Assembly: GCA_964359735.1 (NCBI GenBank)
Contig: CAYHTZ010000006.1
Coordinates: forward strand, 3,898 to 67,897
Source: an uncultured Candidatus Saccharibacteria bacterium
GTDB taxonomy: Bacteria; Patescibacteriota; Andersenbacteria; UBA10190
Length of the DNA stretch: 64,000 nt
Direction: 5' to 3'
Positions 18,506 to 27,577 of the stretch are shown in pieces. Each line of letters starts with the position of its first letter. Within the stretch, counting starts at the first letter, position 1. The position numbers and the translations under genes were made by a program. The notes beneath the pieces are model-generated. The model saw only the letters and a program-made list of their open reading frames with translations, did not search any database and was not told where the DNA came from.

Positions 18506-19885
18506 ATGGCGAAGTTAGTCTCTACGAACCCGGCTAGGAATTACGAGGTGATTGGCGAGGTTGAGGTTTCGAGTGAGAAGGAGATTCAGGAGAAGGTTGA
18601 GGCCGCGCAAAACGCCAAGCAGGAATGGAAAGCTTTAGGAGTGGCTAAGCGGGTGGAGCTGTTGAGAGAAGTTCACCGCATGTTCGAGGAAAATAAGGAA
18701 GCTTTGGCACAGCTGGTCACAAAGGAAATGGGAATGCCTATTTCGCAAAGCAGAGTTAATGATGTTGATTCAGGGCTCTACTATTTCAAATGGTACCTCG
18801 ATAACGCGGAGAAGTACTTAGCGCCGGAAGTTACGTACGAAGATGAGAAAGCAATCCACACGGTGTACCACGAGCCATACGGGGTGGCTGGAGTGATTGT
18901 TCCTTGGAACTTCCCCTTTTCGAATTTTATTTGGGGCGTAGGGCAAAACTTGCTGGCAGGCAACACAGTGGTATTCAAACATTCGGAGGAGTGCCCGTTG
19001 TTTGGGAAAGCAATAGAGGAAGTTACCGCAAAGTCTCCTCTGCCCGATGGGGTATTCAATGAAGTGTATGGCGATGGCAAGGTGGGAAGTTATTTGGCCC
19101 GCCAGAATATTAACTCGATTAGCTTCACAGGTAGCACAGCCGTGGGGAAACCATTATATAAGATTGCGGCGGAGAAATTGATCCATGTCTGCCTTGAGCT
19201 TGGTGGCTCGGCTCCCGGGATTATTTTTGAAGATGCGGAGCTCGAAGGAGCTGTGGATGGCCTATATTTCAGCCGTTTTGGTAACTGCGGGCAGGCGTGC
19301 GATGCCTTAAAGCGCTTAATTGTTCACGAAAGCCGATTTGATGAAGTGGTGAATAGGTTCAAGGAGTACTTGGAAGCCAGAAAGGTTGGGGACCCGCAAG
19401 ATGAGAGTACAGAAGTAGGTCCGCTGGTCGCGAAGCGGCAACTTCGGTTGCTCGCGGCGCAAGTGAGGGACGCTATAAGAAAGGGAGCGGGGGTCGCAAC
19501 GGGCGGGAAAGCACCCAAGGGTTTAAAAGGAGCCTATTTCCTGCCTACGCTCCTCACGGCGGTTACCCCGAACATGCGAGTGTGGCAGGAAGAAGTGTTT
19601 GGGCCGGTGTTGCCGGTGGTTTCATTCAAAACTGAGGAAGAAGCAATTCAGTTGGCGAATGATACGAAGTACGGTTTAGGGTCTTACATTTTCACGAAGG
19701 ACAAAGATAGAGCGGCCCGGGTGGCCGGGATGCTGGAAGCAGGAATGGTGAGCGTGAATAATGTCACATATTTGCAACCCTCCAGCCCGTTTGGCGGCTA
19801 CAAGCAATCTGGCATCGGTCGCGAGCACGGCAAGTTCGGATTCAGTGATGTGTCTCAAGTTAAAGTCGTGGCAACGGAGAAGTGA
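18506..19885 (+). CDS. NAD(P)-dependent aldehyde dehydrogenase
   Basis: ALDH motifs VIVPWNFPF, ELGGSAP, catalytic Cys in FGNCGQACDA; track start 18482 is GTG, ATG at 18506 preferred. Confidence 0.9.
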   Translation: MAKLVSTNPARNYEVIGEVEVSSEKEIQEKVEAAQNAKQEWKALGVAKRVELLREVHRMFEENKEALAQLVTKEMGMPISQSRVNDVDSGLYYFKWYLDNAEKYLAPEVTYEDEKAIHTVYHEPYGVAGVIVPWNFPFSNFIWGVGQNLLAGNTVVFKHSEECPLFGKAIEEVTAKSPLPDGVFNEVYGDGKVGSYLARQNINSISFTGSTAVGKPLYKIAAEKLIHVCLELGGSAPGIIFEDAELEGAVDGLYFSRFGNCGQACDALKRLIVHESRFDEVVNRFKEYLEARKVGDPQDESTEVGPLVAKRQLRLLAAQVRDAIRKGAGVATGGKAPKGLKGAYFLPTLLTAVTPNMRVWQEEVFGPVLPVVSFKTEEEAIQLANDTKYGLGSYIFTKDKDRAARVAGMLEAGMVSVNNVTYLQPSSPFGGYKQSGIGREHGKFGFSDVSQVKVVATEK

Positions 19886-20044
19886 TTGATTCCTATCTGT
19901 TTCTCTGGCATACATAACATAATGACTCAGAGTGGCGGAGAAAATGAAAATGTCTTTTTGAAGTTTGGCGGGCCGAAGAAGAATCGCCAGAAGGGTACAC
20001 TGCGGAAGCGAAAGAGGAGGCGCGGAGGCAAGCCAGGCAAATAG

Positions 20045-20755
20045 ATGATTTCCATAGTCATCCCGGCGTACAACGAGGAAAAGTATATTGGGGCGTGCTT
20101 GGCGTCGCTGGAGAAACAAGTGACTCGGCAAGAGTTTGAAGTGATTGTGGTTGATAACGCGTCAACGGATGGAACGGCTGAAATAGTGAAGTCATTTGTC
20201 GGTCGTGCACCGGTGAAGTTGGTACACGAACCAAAGAAGGGGCGGGGGCCGGCCCGGGCGGCAGGGTTTGCTGCCACGCGCGGGGAGATTGTTTTATCGA
20301 CAGACGCGGATGCTGTGCTGCCGCCTAACTGGATAGCGATTATGTCGGCGCCTTTTTCTGACCCTCGCGTCATTGGAGTTACCGGTACGTGCTATATCTC
20401 TGATCGGTCGACGCCGGCAAATGCAATCTTCAATACCGTGCAGTGGTCTATTACATTTCTGTGGCGCCTTGTGTACGGGAACTTCTGGCTGCTTGGCTCT
20501 AATAGTGGAATCCGCAAAAGCGTTTACCAGCAGGCAGGAGGCTTTAACTTGATGTTGAATTCGCAGGAAGATACGCAGCTCAGCCTGGCGCTGCGTAAAT
20601 ATGGGAAAATACAATACGTTGGCGCTTCGCGGGTAGACACATCTGGCCGGCGCTACGATAAAGGAATTGTGGTCGGTCTGCTGGAATACGTTTGGTCATT
20701 TTTTGAGCGGTTCCTCTTGCGGCGCAAGAATGTCCACCTACGAGATGCGCGGTAG
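20045..20755 (+). CDS. family 2 glycosyltransferase
   Basis: VIPAYNEE...VVDNASTDGT and DAD motifs. Confidence 0.85.
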   Translation: MISIVIPAYNEEKYIGACLASLEKQVTRQEFEVIVVDNASTDGTAEIVKSFVGRAPVKLVHEPKKGRGPARAAGFAATRGEIVLSTDADAVLPPNWIAIMSAPFSDPRVIGVTGTCYISDRSTPANAIFNTVQWSITFLWRLVYGNFWLLGSNSGIRKSVYQQAGGFNLMLNSQEDTQLSLALRKYGKIQYVGASRVDTSGRRYDKGIVVGLLEYVWSFFERFLLRRKNVHLRDAR

Positions 20756-20805
20756 GTGGTACTTAAGGCTCGACAGTCTAAGTCTCATATGTTCTCATTA
20801 TTTAT

Positions 20806-21954
20806 ATGTGGACGAAGGCGCGCGTCGTCGGTTTATTAGGAGCTCTACTCTTCGCTGCGGGGGTAGCATGGGCTGCCGGTACCCAGTGGCGGTTTTATCA
20901 AACAGATCTGGTGCGTTGTGCAGATGTGGCAGCGGCTGATAATGACGTCTGTGGGTCAGCGACCACTGGTACTGATTCTCTTTCGCGTGGGACGATCATC
21001 GCAACGAAAAAAGTGATCACCTTAGTACTGAGAGGTGCTGCGCCTAGCAAAGAGTACCGCTTAGGTTTTCTGCCCATAGAGAATTCTGGCAGTAATCCAT
21101 TTGGCAGTTACAATGCTCCACGCTGCATTGAGCTAGGCACTTTCTCTACGGACAGGAAAGGAAATGCATCAGCGAAATTTGATCCAAAGCTGACCAACAC
21201 GGAGGTCAGTAGCGGCCCAAAGTTTGGCTATTTTATGGTAGCGAGTGAGCCAGATTGTTTTGGTGGGCAATTTATTAGTGGTTTTGATTTTGGTTTGGGT
21301 AACTCACCATCGCCAACTCCTACTCCAACAGTTACACCTGCATCCAACTGTTCGGGATACATCAATGATTTGCAACCGGTAGTCGTAGACAATTTCAACG
21401 GATACTCTGATGGCTCTATTGTTGGGCAAGATGGATGGGTGAGCTATGTCAATGGAGATCATTTTGTAGTGCAGGGCAGCACGGCGTTTGAGGGAGCAAA
21501 AGCCGTGCACAATGACTCTTTCGGGGATAGTGTTGCTGGAAGGTATGGTACATCTCGTACAGACGGAAAGCAGGCCGTATGTTTCAGGACTGAGAATAGA
21601 GACAATTGGGGTTTCTATTCTGCAGATGGGAATGTCGGATTTCGCGTTTCAGATGGATTGAACGGAACAATATTTGCCTCTGTATCACTCAAGAAGGATG
21701 GCCATGTTGCTTATTATGACCCAATAGCTGACGTCTACAGTGACTTCGCGACTTATAATGACAACGAATGGGCGCTTCTAGAAATTGAATGGCGTTCGAG
21801 CGGTAAAACGGCTCGATATAGGATAAATGGTGGAACGTGGACAGACTGGAAGACATTTCGCGGTGCCCCTTCATTTACAAAGTTTGATTTCCTTCACTTC
21901 GGATTCGTACTCCCAAGTGGTTCGGGTGGAGTATATTTTGATGCATTGCGTTAG
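20806..21954 (+). CDS. secreted hypothetical protein (Pro/Thr linker, C-terminal beta-rich domain)
   Basis: Signal peptide MWTKARVVGLLGALLFAAGVAWA; no recognisable motif. Confidence 0.55.
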   Translation: MWTKARVVGLLGALLFAAGVAWAAGTQWRFYQTDLVRCADVAAADNDVCGSATTGTDSLSRGTIIATKKVITLVLRGAAPSKEYRLGFLPIENSGSNPFGSYNAPRCIELGTFSTDRKGNASAKFDPKLTNTEVSSGPKFGYFMVASEPDCFGGQFISGFDFGLGNSPSPTPTPTVTPASNCSGYINDLQPVVVDNFNGYSDGSIVGQDGWVSYVNGDHFVVQGSTAFEGAKAVHNDSFGDSVAGRYGTSRTDGKQAVCFRTENRDNWGFYSADGNVGFRVSDGLNGTIFASVSLKKDGHVAYYDPIADVYSDFATYNDNEWALLEIEWRSSGKTARYRINGGTWTDWKTFRGAPSFTKFDFLHFGFVLPSGSGGVYFDALR

Positions 21955-22315
21955 TTTCAGTGCTAGCAGGGTAACCTGCTCTTAGGTAATTGTCGTGGAT
22001 GAGCTGCTTATTGTAGTAGCTGTCGACTGAATAGTTTGCACCCAGTTTGAGGTCGGTATGCGGTCCTCTGAATGAATTTCGTCCACTTTGTGCCCAGAAA
22101 GGACCTGGGCAGTAGATCCACAAGCGCATACTAATAATAGAAATCCGCCCATTATAGGGTGTGGTGTAGATATTTTTCTGTGGCAACGTGGGCAGTAGTG
22201 TGACATATTGTTTGAAGCTTAACGGTTATCAATAGTTTCTCAAGAGAATTTGGTCGACACATTATACAGCTTTGATTTTTGTTCGCCGGCGGGATAGCGT
22301 GAATGTATAAGCGCT

Positions 22316-22663
22316 ATGGGCGACGTAGATCACCTTATTAAGAAAATTGTTGCATTCCGGGATGCTAGAGATTGGAAGCAATTTCATAATCCAAAAGACA
22401 TGGCCCTTTCTTTGGTCTTGGAGGCTGTGGAGGTACTGGAACATTTTCAGTGGAAAGACAAGAAAGAGATGGTGGAGCACGTTGAAGGACACAAAGCAGA
22501 GATTGGTGAGGAACTCGCGGACGTTCTCTATTGGATTCTGCTTATGAGCCATGATTTTGGTATTGATATTTTAGATGCCTCTAAGAAAAAGTTAGCTAAG
22601 ACTGAGAAAAAATATCCCGTTGCGAAGGCGAGGGGTAAGCATCTCAAGTACGACAAATTATGA
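22316..22663 (+). CDS. MazG-like all-alpha nucleotide pyrophosphohydrolase
   Basis: EAVEVLEHFQWKDK and EELADVLYWILLMS motifs (E..E..E / ELADV) typical of the MazG/house-cleaning NTP-PPase fold; low-GC. Confidence 0.8.
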   Translation: MGDVDHLIKKIVAFRDARDWKQFHNPKDMALSLVLEAVEVLEHFQWKDKKEMVEHVEGHKAEIGEELADVLYWILLMSHDFGIDILDASKKKLAKTEKKYPVAKARGKHLKYDKL

Positions 22664-23769
22664 GTCCAGACCTTACCTCGGCTCTCGACACAAAGCAATT
22701 CTTCAGATTCACGGGGCCACCTGAGCACTGGTTGACAGCTGTTAAGTATATGACTTGGGGGCTCGAGGAGAGTCATAGAGAGAGGTGGAAGAAGATTCAA
22801 ACGGGAGATGTTTTCTTTATTCACAGTACCGGTCCGCAAGCGTCCGCATTTCCAGACGCGGCTTCGGGCATCATAGGTATTGGAGTTGTTGGATTTCATT
22901 TCTCAGTAAAAACTAACAGCCTATGGCACTACGAAATAAAAAACAACAATAACCAATGGCCATTGCTCATACCTCTTACCGAGATTTATTTGTTCGGTGA
23001 GTTGCCCAGTCCCGCGGCGTGGGAGTCGCCAACTCCTGGTAATGATGCACAAACGGCAAAGCTCATTAGCCAGCTGGTTGCTGGTAGAATGCCAATATCT
23101 GAAATTCGAGGATTTCCTCAGATGGGGAGTTTCTCTTCTGTCTCACGGGAAGTTGCCGAACAAATCCTTTTTCAAAAGAGGCCCCTCTACCTTTACTCGG
23201 GTCATTCAACCCGTGGCACGATTGAAGAGAAGCCTTCTGATTTCTTCGAAGTGAAAAATGCGACAGAAACTTTACGGCATGCCGCCTCGCTCCGTTTTCT
23301 CGATGAGGTAAACAGAAGAATTATTACAAAGCCATACTCCTTGGTTGCGCGCGACAATGAAATTCTAGCTCGCGCAGAATCAGTGCATCACTCGATAGTA
23401 CAACAGTTGATCGATATCTTTAGGGCTAAGGGTTATCAGACTCTTTCGAATGAATTTGTGGATTTGTTTGCACATGATGAAAAGCGCTCGTTTCTTTTTG
23501 AAGTTAAGAGTACGGAGAATAGGAATTTCAGATCTCAAGCTCGGAAGGGAATAGTGCAATTATACGAGTACGATTATTTCGATGTAAGGAAGTTTAAGCG
23601 AGAAAGAGGGATAGACTTTCGAGATCAATACAGGATCTTTGTACCATCACGTGAGCCTGCTGATAAGGGTTATGTCGAGTTTATCAATTCCCTAGACCTA
23701 GGTGTTGCTACGGTCAAGGATGGTGCGGTCAAGCCGGTGGGTCAAGATTTCGGTTTTTCAAGGCTCTGA
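22660..23769 (+). CDS. PUA-like (EVE/ASCH-type) domain fused to PD-(D/E)xK nuclease; candidate modification-dependent endonuclease
   Basis: N-terminal RERWKKIQTGDVFFIHSTG...SGIIGIGVV resembles the PUA-like EVE core; C-terminal VDLFAHDEKRSFLFEVKST...Q..YEY resembles a PD-(D/E)xK motif; ATGA overlap with the mazG-like gene. Confidence 0.65.
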   Translation: MSPDLTSALDTKQFFRFTGPPEHWLTAVKYMTWGLEESHRERWKKIQTGDVFFIHSTGPQASAFPDAASGIIGIGVVGFHFSVKTNSLWHYEIKNNNNQWPLLIPLTEIYLFGELPSPAAWESPTPGNDAQTAKLISQLVAGRMPISEIRGFPQMGSFSSVSREVAEQILFQKRPLYLYSGHSTRGTIEEKPSDFFEVKNATETLRHAASLRFLDEVNRRIITKPYSLVARDNEILARAESVHHSIVQQLIDIFRAKGYQTLSNEFVDLFAHDEKRSFLFEVKSTENRNFRSQARKGIVQLYEYDYFDVRKFKRERGIDFRDQYRIFVPSREPADKGYVEFINSLDLGVATVKDGAVKPVGQDFGFSRL

Positions 23770-23837
23770 TTTGAAATGAATTTATGATCCGCAAGATAAA
23801 AGGTGGATGGAGGGTGGTGGCTGAGAGCGGGAGGAAT

Positions 23838-23927
23838 ATGGGGACGTACAAAACTAAGCGGGAGGCGAAGGAGCGGCTTAGGCAAATTGAGTTTTTCAAG
23901 CATCTCAAGAAGAGGAAGAAAAGATGA
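23838..23927 (+). CDS. 29-aa basic peptide ORF (MGTYKTKREAKERLRQIEFFKHLKKRKKR), ATGA-overlapping the next ORF
   Basis: Not in the ORF track (<60 aa); read directly from sequence; speculative. Confidence 0.25.
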   Translation: MGTYKTKREAKERLRQIEFFKHLKKRKKR

Positions 23928-24205
23928 CCACAGATGTTCAGATTGTGAAAACGGAGGATCTGCCGGCGGGCTGGCGATTTGCGGTGCGGCTGAAGGATGA
24001 GAGCGGAGAACAGGTGCATACGGTGGAGCTGGACAGTGATTATTGGCAGAAATTTGCCGGGAGGTACGGGACGCCAGAGAAATTAGTGGTGGAATCGTTT
24101 CGGTTTCTTTTGAACCGCGAGCCGCGGGAATCTATTTTGCTTTCATTTAACCTCAGGAAAATTTCCCAGTATTTTCCTGAGTATGAGGAAGCCATGAAGG
24201 GGTAA
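23924..24205 (+). CDS. hypothetical 93-aa protein
   Basis: ORF only. Confidence 0.4.
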   Translation: MTTDVQIVKTEDLPAGWRFAVRLKDESGEQVHTVELDSDYWQKFAGRYGTPEKLVVESFRFLLNREPRESILLSFNLRKISQYFPEYEEAMKG

Positions 24206-24257
24206 GTCCCGTTTCCCGACCAGGTCCATGATATGTTAAAACTTAACGTATAAACCC

Positions 24258-24785
24258 ATGAACAAACCTCCGCAAAATAACTATGCGTTTGTAGACGGTC
24301 AAAATCTCTACATGGGCACAGCAAAACGAGAAGTTGATCCATGGAAGGTAGATTTGGCAAAATTCCGTGTGTATCTCGCGCGTAAGTATAGCGTGTCAAA
24401 AGCATTTTATTTTCTTGGATTTTTAGACGAATCACGACAGTCGCTGTACGAAAGTATACAAGCGGCTGGATTTATTATTGCATTTCGCGAACATACATCC
24501 TTGATGCTTGGCAAAAAGAAAGGCAATGTTGACTCAGACATCGTTTTTAACGTTATGCAGAAGATGTATTACAAAGAACCATTTGATAAAATTGTATTGG
24601 TTTCCGGGGACGGCGATTACAAGCAGCTGGTTGATTTTCTCGTAGCCGAATCAAAGCTTGAAAAAATACTGTTTCCAGATCGGAAACGGGCATCATCACT
24701 CTATAAAAAGCTTGGAGCAGCTCATTTTGCGGCGCTTGATGAGCCTGACACGCGTCGGAAAATAGAAATGAAAAAGGCTCCTTAG
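24258..24785 (+). CDS. NYN-domain (LabA-like, PIN-related) ribonuclease
   Basis: FVDGQNLY...VLVSGDGDY acidic motifs of the NYN fold. Confidence 0.8.
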   Translation: MNKPPQNNYAFVDGQNLYMGTAKREVDPWKVDLAKFRVYLARKYSVSKAFYFLGFLDESRQSLYESIQAAGFIIAFREHTSLMLGKKKGNVDSDIVFNVMQKMYYKEPFDKIVLVSGDGDYKQLVDFLVAESKLEKILFPDRKRASSLYKKLGAAHFAALDEPDTRRKIEMKKAP

Positions 24786-24828
24786 GTAGTTAGCCGTTCG
24801 GAACCTTTTTCGTCGTAATACATAAAGT

Positions 24829-25266
24829 ATGCCCACAACCACGTATAATGTCAAGATGACGCCCGAGGAGTTTGAACAACTGGTAGATGAGGGGATTGCG
24901 GCTATTCCGGAGCGATTTTTGAAAAAGCTCTCTAATGTGGCGATTGTGGTGGAGGAGGCGCCCTCGCGTGAACAAGTCCGCCAGCTGGCGGAGAAGATGC
25001 GCTTACATCACGGGCATACATTGTTAGGTTTGTATGAAGGGATCCCGCAAACGAGGCGGCAGCACTACGGCGTGGGAGGGGCAGTGCCGGATAGGATTAC
25101 GATTTTCCGCCGGCCGATTGAGTGGGCGAGCGGCGGGGACCCTGGGCGCGTGCGAGACATTGTCCGCGATACGGTGTGGCACGAGATTGCCCACCACTTT
25201 GGTATGGGCGAAGCGCAGGTGCGCAGGCATGAGGCCCAGCGCCGGAGACAAACGGCTAGCACCTAG
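24829..25266 (+). CDS. small zincin-like metallopeptidase (Zincin_1/DUF1025-type)
   Basis: HExxH as WHEIAHHFG; about 145 aa. Confidence 0.6.
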   Translation: MPTTTYNVKMTPEEFEQLVDEGIAAIPERFLKKLSNVAIVVEEAPSREQVRQLAEKMRLHHGHTLLGLYEGIPQTRRQHYGVGGAVPDRITIFRRPIEWASGGDPGRVRDIVRDTVWHEIAHHFGMGEAQVRRHEAQRRRQTAST

Positions 25267-26732
25267 CCGCAATTATTTTCGGAGGTAGAAAGGAGAGCGG
25301 AAATCCCCAGCCAATCGGTAGGCGCGCGGTTGTCGGTAAGCAGCAAACCTGTCCCGCGGGGGGATTCGCCAGCTTCAAGAACGCGAGTGAGCGCATTGAT
25401 GTCCGGCCCGGCCTTCTCGGCCGGTGGCAGCGGGTTATGGGAAGCTAAGATTTCATGATTGCAGGATTTCGGCACAGAGATGATCCGAACATGCGGGAAA
25501 ACTTTGTGCATGGTACGGCTGAGGCTCCTGATCCAAATGTTGTCACTGGAAGTAGCGTTTGCGTTAACCACTAGGATGCCGCCCGCGGCTAGCCGCGGCT
25601 TTACTGTTTCAAAAAATTCTTGCGTGACCAGGTGGAAGGGAATGGTAAGCTCACGGGCGTAGGCGTCCACGATGATAATGTCGTACTGATTGGTATCACT
25701 CGCGATAAAGGCGCGGGCGTCGGCGGCAACAGTGGTTCTCTCCGGCGGGTCGAAGTATGCGTCAGCAATTTTGAAGAGGGCGCCGTCGAGCTCGACGCTG
25801 GTAAACTCGAATGTCTTCTGGCCGGCCCAAAACTTCTGGAGCTGGTGCTCGCTGGTTGAGGCCGCGGCGCCTAACACCAGAACGCGGATATTTTCTTTCG
25901 GAAGGAAAGCGGGCAGGGCCGCCACGTAATCCCAGTAACCATCCGTGTACCTTTCGCGCGTGTAGACGGATTGGATGCCAAAGGTGGCGTCAAATGTGAG
26001 AGCGCGGGTGGAGCCATACTGCTTGACGGCTACGTGTTGATAAGGCGTTTCGGCAGCAAAGATAGTATCAGGATCAGGGGGGGCGGGAATGAGGGAGGTG
26101 AGCGCGGCAGCGAGAGCGAGGAGAACAATGGAAATGAGCGGGCCCCTCGACTTCGCTCGGGGTGAACCCTTCGGTTCAAAGAGCAGAGGTAAACTCAACA
26201 GCAGAACAGCACCGCCAAATACCCAGCTCGTTTCGCGGGTGCCTAAGAAGGGGATGGTGATAAATGAAGGCAGCAGAATGCCAAGGAGACTTCCGATCGT
26301 AGTGAGCGAAGAAATCCTGCCGGCTACGGAGCCTGCTGCCTCTCCCCGGCGGGCAGCCTCGACCTGGACAGCCAAGGGGTTCACAGCGCCGAAGACAACA
26401 GAAGGTACAAAGAGTATGGCGTAGGCAAGCGTTAGGCCGACTGATCCTGGCAGCACCTTGGCCCAGTGGTATACGGCAGGCATGAGCAGAAAAAAGATGG
26501 CGCCGGCGCAGGCATAGCATACGACGGTGAGTATAGTTGTTTCTTCACGGGCACGCCGGCCGCCGTGCGCGTAGCCCAAAGCTAGCCCGGCGATGACGGT
26601 GGCAATGGCTGCTCCCCATATAGGCAGGGAGCTCCCAAAAAGAGGGGCCAAGAAGCGCAGGCCGGCAATTTCCAAAGCGGTGGAAGCGGCGCCAGATGTG
26701 AATAGAAATAGGTACCAGTGGGCAGGACGCAT
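25263..26732 (-). CDS. membrane-fused spermidine/spermine synthase family protein
   Basis: N-terminal polytopic domain plus C-terminal aminopropyltransferase/methyltransferase-fold block (VLVLGAA...IIIVDAY); start trimmed to MRPAHWYLF. Confidence 0.7.
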   Translation of the reverse strand: MRPAHWYLFLFTSGAASTALEIAGLRFLAPLFGSSLPIWGAAIATVIAGLALGYAHGGRRAREETTILTVVCYACAGAIFFLLMPAVYHWAKVLPGSVGLTLAYAILFVPSVVFGAVNPLAVQVEAARRGEAAGSVAGRISSLTTIGSLLGILLPSFITIPFLGTRETSWVFGGAVLLLSLPLLFEPKGSPRAKSRGPLISIVLLALAAALTSLIPAPPDPDTIFAAETPYQHVAVKQYGSTRALTFDATFGIQSVYTRERYTDGYWDYVAALPAFLPKENIRVLVLGAAASTSEHQLQKFWAGQKTFEFTSVELDGALFKIADAYFDPPERTTVAADARAFIASDTNQYDIIIVDAYARELTIPFHLVTQEFFETVKPRLAAGGILVVNANATSSDNIWIRSLSRTMHKVFPHVRIISVPKSCNHEILASHNPLPPAEKAGPDINALTRVLEAGESPRGTGLLLTDNRAPTDWLGISALLSTSENNCG

Positions 26733-26788
26733 AGCTCTTGCCACATAGTAGCAGGTTGATATGGTAGGAGGGCAAGGAGGTGAGGTGT

Positions 26789-26950
26789 ATGGCACATTAT
26801 GTATGTCCAGAATGCGGGGGAGTGGCGGATCACCCAAAGGTGTGCGAAACCCCTGGCTGTTCGCGAGCTGGGCACGACCTCATGGAGTGCAACTGTACCG
26901 ATAATAAGCACGCGGAAGTGATGGACGCTACCGCAGGCGAGGGAATGTGA
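26789..26950 (+). CDS. 53-aa zinc-ribbon-like Cys-rich small protein
   Basis: Not in the ORF track; full SD AAGGAGGTGA 6 nt upstream; YVCPECG...CETPGC...CNC. Confidence 0.5.
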   Translation: MAHYVCPECGGVADHPKVCETPGCSRAGHDLMECNCTDNKHAEVMDATAGEGM

Positions 26951-26986
26951 TATGCTTATAGGTAATTATCCGTAACATTATTGATT

Positions 26987-27544
26987 ATGGCGAAAAGCGT
27001 TCTGGGGGAACTCGGGAATAAGATGAAGGTGGCTTTAGTGGGGACCGTGAAAGGAGCGGATGAGCTGTACGACACGCTCTTCGAAGCGGTGCGCGGGAAC
27101 GTAGTGGCATTCCTTACCGGCACGGGGGATGTAGCGAAGGCGGGCATGGGCGGCGTGAAGGATATTGTGGTGGGAGCGATCCATGCGGTAGCGGAGATCG
27201 GGGTAGCGGCAGGAGATGCAGTTCATGACATTGTGCACGCGGCGGTAAAGGGCGTGGCGGAATCGGGAGGAGATGTAGGGAGCGCAGTGAAGCATTCCGT
27301 GCGCGGTGCTATTCAAGGGGTGAGTGATGTGGAAGGCGACGTGGTAGATGCGTCGGTGAAAGCGGTGAGCGGGGCAATTAAGGGTGTGCGGGAAGTCGGG
27401 GGAGATGTAGGGAGAGCCACAACGGATGCTGTTACGGGAGCGGTGGAAGCGGCCGGTGAAGTATCGCAGACAACGGTGCATGAAGTGAAAAAGACGTTGG
27501 CGGATTCTGTGGAAGGCGCCAAGGACGTGATTCATAAACTCTAG
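26987..27544 (+). CDS. hypothetical repeat protein (four about 22-aa repeats GAI.GV.EVGGDVG...)
   Basis: Internal periodicity in the translation. Confidence 0.5.
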   Translation: MAKSVLGELGNKMKVALVGTVKGADELYDTLFEAVRGNVVAFLTGTGDVAKAGMGGVKDIVVGAIHAVAEIGVAAGDAVHDIVHAAVKGVAESGGDVGSAVKHSVRGAIQGVSDVEGDVVDASVKAVSGAIKGVREVGGDVGRATTDAVTGAVEAAGEVSQTTVHEVKKTLADSVEGAKDVIHKL

Positions 27545-27577
27545 CGAGTTTGATGAAGACTTATACACTAGGGGATT

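Noticed and set aside
21875-22186. 103-aa minus ORF in the non-coding stretch after the 20806-21954 gene
   Set aside because: Overlaps the end of the upstream gene, has no start context or motif; the region is treated as AT-rich spacer at the island boundary (a possible gene remnant cannot be excluded).
27035-27568. 177-aa His/Arg-rich minus ORF opposite the repeat protein
   Set aside because: Mirror frame of the GTG/GGC-rich repeat gene; no start context.
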